Shown here one piece after another: positions 61,139-64,000 of a DNA stretch of 64,000 nt (position 1 is its first letter; every line of letters starts with the position of its first letter). Position numbers and translations under genes: made by a program. The stretch is from Methanotrichaceae archaeon (GTDB lineage: Archaea > Halobacteriota > Methanosarcinia > Methanotrichales > Methanotrichaceae): positions 128,001 to 192,000 of the forward strand of contig CAVVKN010000022.1 of the NCBI GenBank assembly GCA_963748825.1. The letters are read 5' to 3'. The notes under the pieces are model-generated. The model was not told the DNA's origin and made no database searches. It was given only the letters and a program-made list of their open reading frames with translations.

Positions 61139-61859
61139 GGCTATTGGCTCTCGGGCTCTTTGCAATAAACTCTTTTCCTGCAATTGCATTCCAGAATTTC
61201 GTTCAAGAGATGTCATCTCTCATCGTGACTTCGCGTCTTCGCGTGAGATGCTGCAGCCCTGATCAGCCCGGACGGTGGCCAAGCACACGCGCCTCGCGAG
61301 CAGAGGATGGACGAAGATGCCTGGCCTGGGGTCAAGACCGGGGAAATGTGGTGAAAGCGCCCTGCGGGTTTTGCGGCTTCTTATCCCAACGCTCCCTCTG
61401 GATTACTGGCGGCATCGATCTTCGGCCGCCTGGTGTGATGACCTCTTACGAGTATGTATAACCTGCAAAGGTTTCATCATTTTCCATCCTTTTCCAGACA
61501 AGATCTAAATCACCTTTGTCTATTTGACCATTCCAGACTTTATGGAATGAATTTTCGACAATTGCCTGCTATCGATTAAACCCGCATCGGCAAAACAAAA
61601 AAAATGCTGCAGAATCCGCCGCGCAACATCAGACCTTTCGATGTCGAAAGCATATTTATACCGGAGTTTATAAGATGTCAACCCATTTAGGTTCCTGCAT
61701 CCTGCTTTTTTGTAGGGTCTAACCAAAAATTATTTATAGTTTTGATAATTTTTTATAAAAATTTTGTTCAAAATACACTAATAGCTATTTATTTTTTGAA
61801 CATATATTTGATTGAAATAGTAGGAAGATTTATCTACTATTATGGGTCTAACTAGTATT

Positions 61860-62342
61860 ATGCATTTCAAGGTCAAAAATATCAAAGGCCACAAATATTT
61901 GTATCTCATTAAAAATGATCGCATTGATGGGAAGGTCGTGCAAACAATCCAAAAATATGTTGGAACCGCAGATAGCCTGTATGAAATGCTTACCTCTAAC
62001 AAGTCTATTCGTATTGCCTCATATAGTCTCGGGAAACCTGCCGCTTTGATTAAGGCAGCTGAAGAAGTTGGTCTGATTGAGAGCATCAATAAGCACTTCA
62101 ATCGGAAGAAAATTGATGGTCTGACGGCGGCTCAATACCTCCTCCTAATTATCATTGGCAGATCTGAGCATGAACTTAGCCGAAATGTTCTCGGTGGCTA
62201 TTTTAATAAGAGTGTCCTAAAATTCATTTGGAACCCCAAATATAAACTTTCAAGCCAAAATTTTCTTAATTATATGGCTCACCTTGATGAGGAGACTATC
62301 CAGAACATCGAACTGGATGTGTCGCCATGCGTCATCGGTTAA
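61860..62342 (+). pseudogene. Truncated IS1634-like transposase (N-terminal part only)
   Basis: KNIKGHKYLYL...RIDGKV...YVG; ends before the DDE core. Confidence 0.7.
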
Positions 62343-62430
62343 GGCGCAAATCAATTATAACAAGGCAAGAATTGTTCTTCTCACTTGACACTAGAATAGT
62401 GGCGTGGCCTAGAAGGCTCTCGATTATTTT

Positions 62431-63419
62431 TGCTGTGTCGATTAAATTTAAATAGCTAAAATATACATATAATGCCATGAAACATGTTGATACCAGAGAC
62501 TGGCCAGAATATAATGCCAAACTTGTTCGAAGAGGCGAATTCTATCTCGATTTGAGTTGCGTGAAGAACTGGAGTTGGGAATTAAGAGAAATGAACAGAA
62601 AGAAAACAGGCGCTCCAAACAAATACCCGAATACTTTTATAACTTTTGCATCAATAATATACTCTTTCTTTCGAATGCCATATCGTCAACTTGAAGGATT
62701 CATTGGACGACTTTCAACCTATGAACCAGGATTAGTGGCGGCAGATTATACCACACTCCATAAGCGAATCTCTAAGCAATCTCTTGAGATCCAGATACCT
62801 GAGAATGATGCTGTTGTTGCAGTTGATTCAACTGGGATAAGGTAACAAATAGGGAGGATTGGATGCGCGAGAAACACGGAAAGCAGCGGCGAGGATGGCT
62901 TAAAGTTCATGTGGCAGTCGACGTTGAATCAAAGAGATTATTGTCAATGGAAGTTACAGAAGAAGATACATCGGATTGCGAGGTTTTGCGCCCTTTGTTG
63001 AAAGACGTCAATATTAAGAGGGGTTAATGGATGGCGCATATGACACAAACGACGCATTTAGATTTATGAAATCGAAAGGTGTGGATTGTCCAGGGATTAA
63101 GATCAGAGGGAACGCGATAGTAGGCAAAGATGCATCAGCCAGGTCAACAGCTGTTCCGGAATTTAAAAAAATGGGCCACAAGGGCTGGAAGCAAACGCAT
63201 CAGTACGAAAGAAGGTGGGCAGTTGAAGGCTTCTTCTCATCGATCAAGCGTATCTTTGGAGAGACGGTTCGGGCATCTTCATCCGAAGGAATGGTCGCCG
63301 AGATTAAAAGAGCATTCATTTTGTATAATATACTTATGAACATATAGATAATTATCTTAAACTGAATTATAAATTTTAAAGTTGAAAATATTAATAATAT
63401 ACAATTAAGCGACACAGCA
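62431..63419 (+). mobile_element. IS5-family (IS903-like) element with frameshifted transposase
   Basis: TIRs TGCTGTGTCGATTAAAT / AATTAAGCGACACAGCA; low GC. Confidence 0.8.
62477..63347 (+). pseudogene. IS5/IS903-group transposase with two frameshifts (~62840, ~63025)
   Basis: RDWPEYNAKLVRRGE, VDSTGI / WLKVHVAVD / DGAYDT, RWAVEGFFSSIKR. Confidence 0.85.
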
Positions 63420-63654
63420 GACACAGCAGTCTACTATGCAATATAGCTCAAAATTTTAAAATATATGCCTATACCTTAGCTCTCTTGAGAGAAATTTTGT
63501 CAGGGAATCAAAGTGGATTTTGGCCTTGGCCATTCTTTTAATTGTTGGCCTATGTTCAGCAAACAACATCTGTGATACTACAGGGCAGTGTTACGAATTC
63601 GCTGTAAAATAGTAGTAGCATATCTCCTGAACCTTTCCGGTAGACCCAGGCGTG

Positions 63655-63696
63655 CCGTCTTATATGGCAATCCTCTCATAAGTCCATATAAGACGG
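63655..63696. repeat. 13-bp perfect inverted repeat inside a structured non-coding region
   Basis: CCGTCTTATATGG-N16-CCATATAAGACGG. Confidence 0.7.
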
Positions 63697-63926
63697 GAGC
63701 GTGACGATAAGGCCGCCTCGTTAACCTCGGCCTTTGCCTCGGGTGGGTGCGTTCGGCCCTCAAGCATGCCCTCCAGGTCAGCCAGGACGTTTCGCGGGCT
63801 AACCGCTATTCAGCCGGTAAAGGTGTAGAATGCTCTTATCTCCAACGGTCCTGGGAAAAGTTACTCGTAAACACGGGCGGGGTTCCCGTCCCCCGCACGC
63901 AATTGGCCCTTGATAAATCCGTTAGC

Positions 63927-64000
63927 TTACTCCCTTTCCAGCCATTCCCCAGCCGCCTGAGCACCCATCATCTTGGCGCACCTCAGATGGACAATGCTCG
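63927..64000 (-). CDS. Possible 3' end of a gene starting beyond the window
   Basis: Open frame ...SIVHLRCAKMMGAQAAGEWLERE*. Confidence 0.3.
   Translation of the reverse strand, partial: SIVHLRCAKMMGAQAAGEWLERE

Noticed and set aside
63583-63990. RNase P RNA, SRP RNA or group II intron
   Set aside because: No GAGGAAAGT.C P4 motif, SRP helix-8 motif or domain V; the GTGCGCC near the end lies in an apparently coding frame

Overview
Genomic DNA from a methanogenic archaeon, most likely Methanothrix/Methanotrichaceae (inferred from mmp10, a fmdFACDB operon, PAN, CDC48, aMBF1, AMP phosphorylase, the AcnX-type phosphomevalonate dehydratase pair and several secreted hypothetical proteins). The left end is a molybdoenzyme region (mop, a degenerate fmdE, an orphan fdhA, fmdFACDB) interrupted by an AT-richer SIR2-domain gene and a RelE-type toxin-antitoxin pair. 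Next come a proteostasis and nucleotide-salvage cluster, three tandem paralogous secreted proteins, a Ni/Co ECF transporter, two PAS hybrid histidine kinases, guaAB, two paralogous Cys-rich secreted miniproteins, a Get3/ArsA ATPase, mmp10 and smc-scpA. A ~4 kb insert (MITE-like repeat, ArsR regulator plus Cys/His-rich protein, intact IS1634) separates scpA from a decayed scpB. The right end holds IS remnants and a hairpin-rich non-coding stretch. I saw no rRNA, tRNA or CRISPR array. All family calls come from motif recognition by eye, not database searches.
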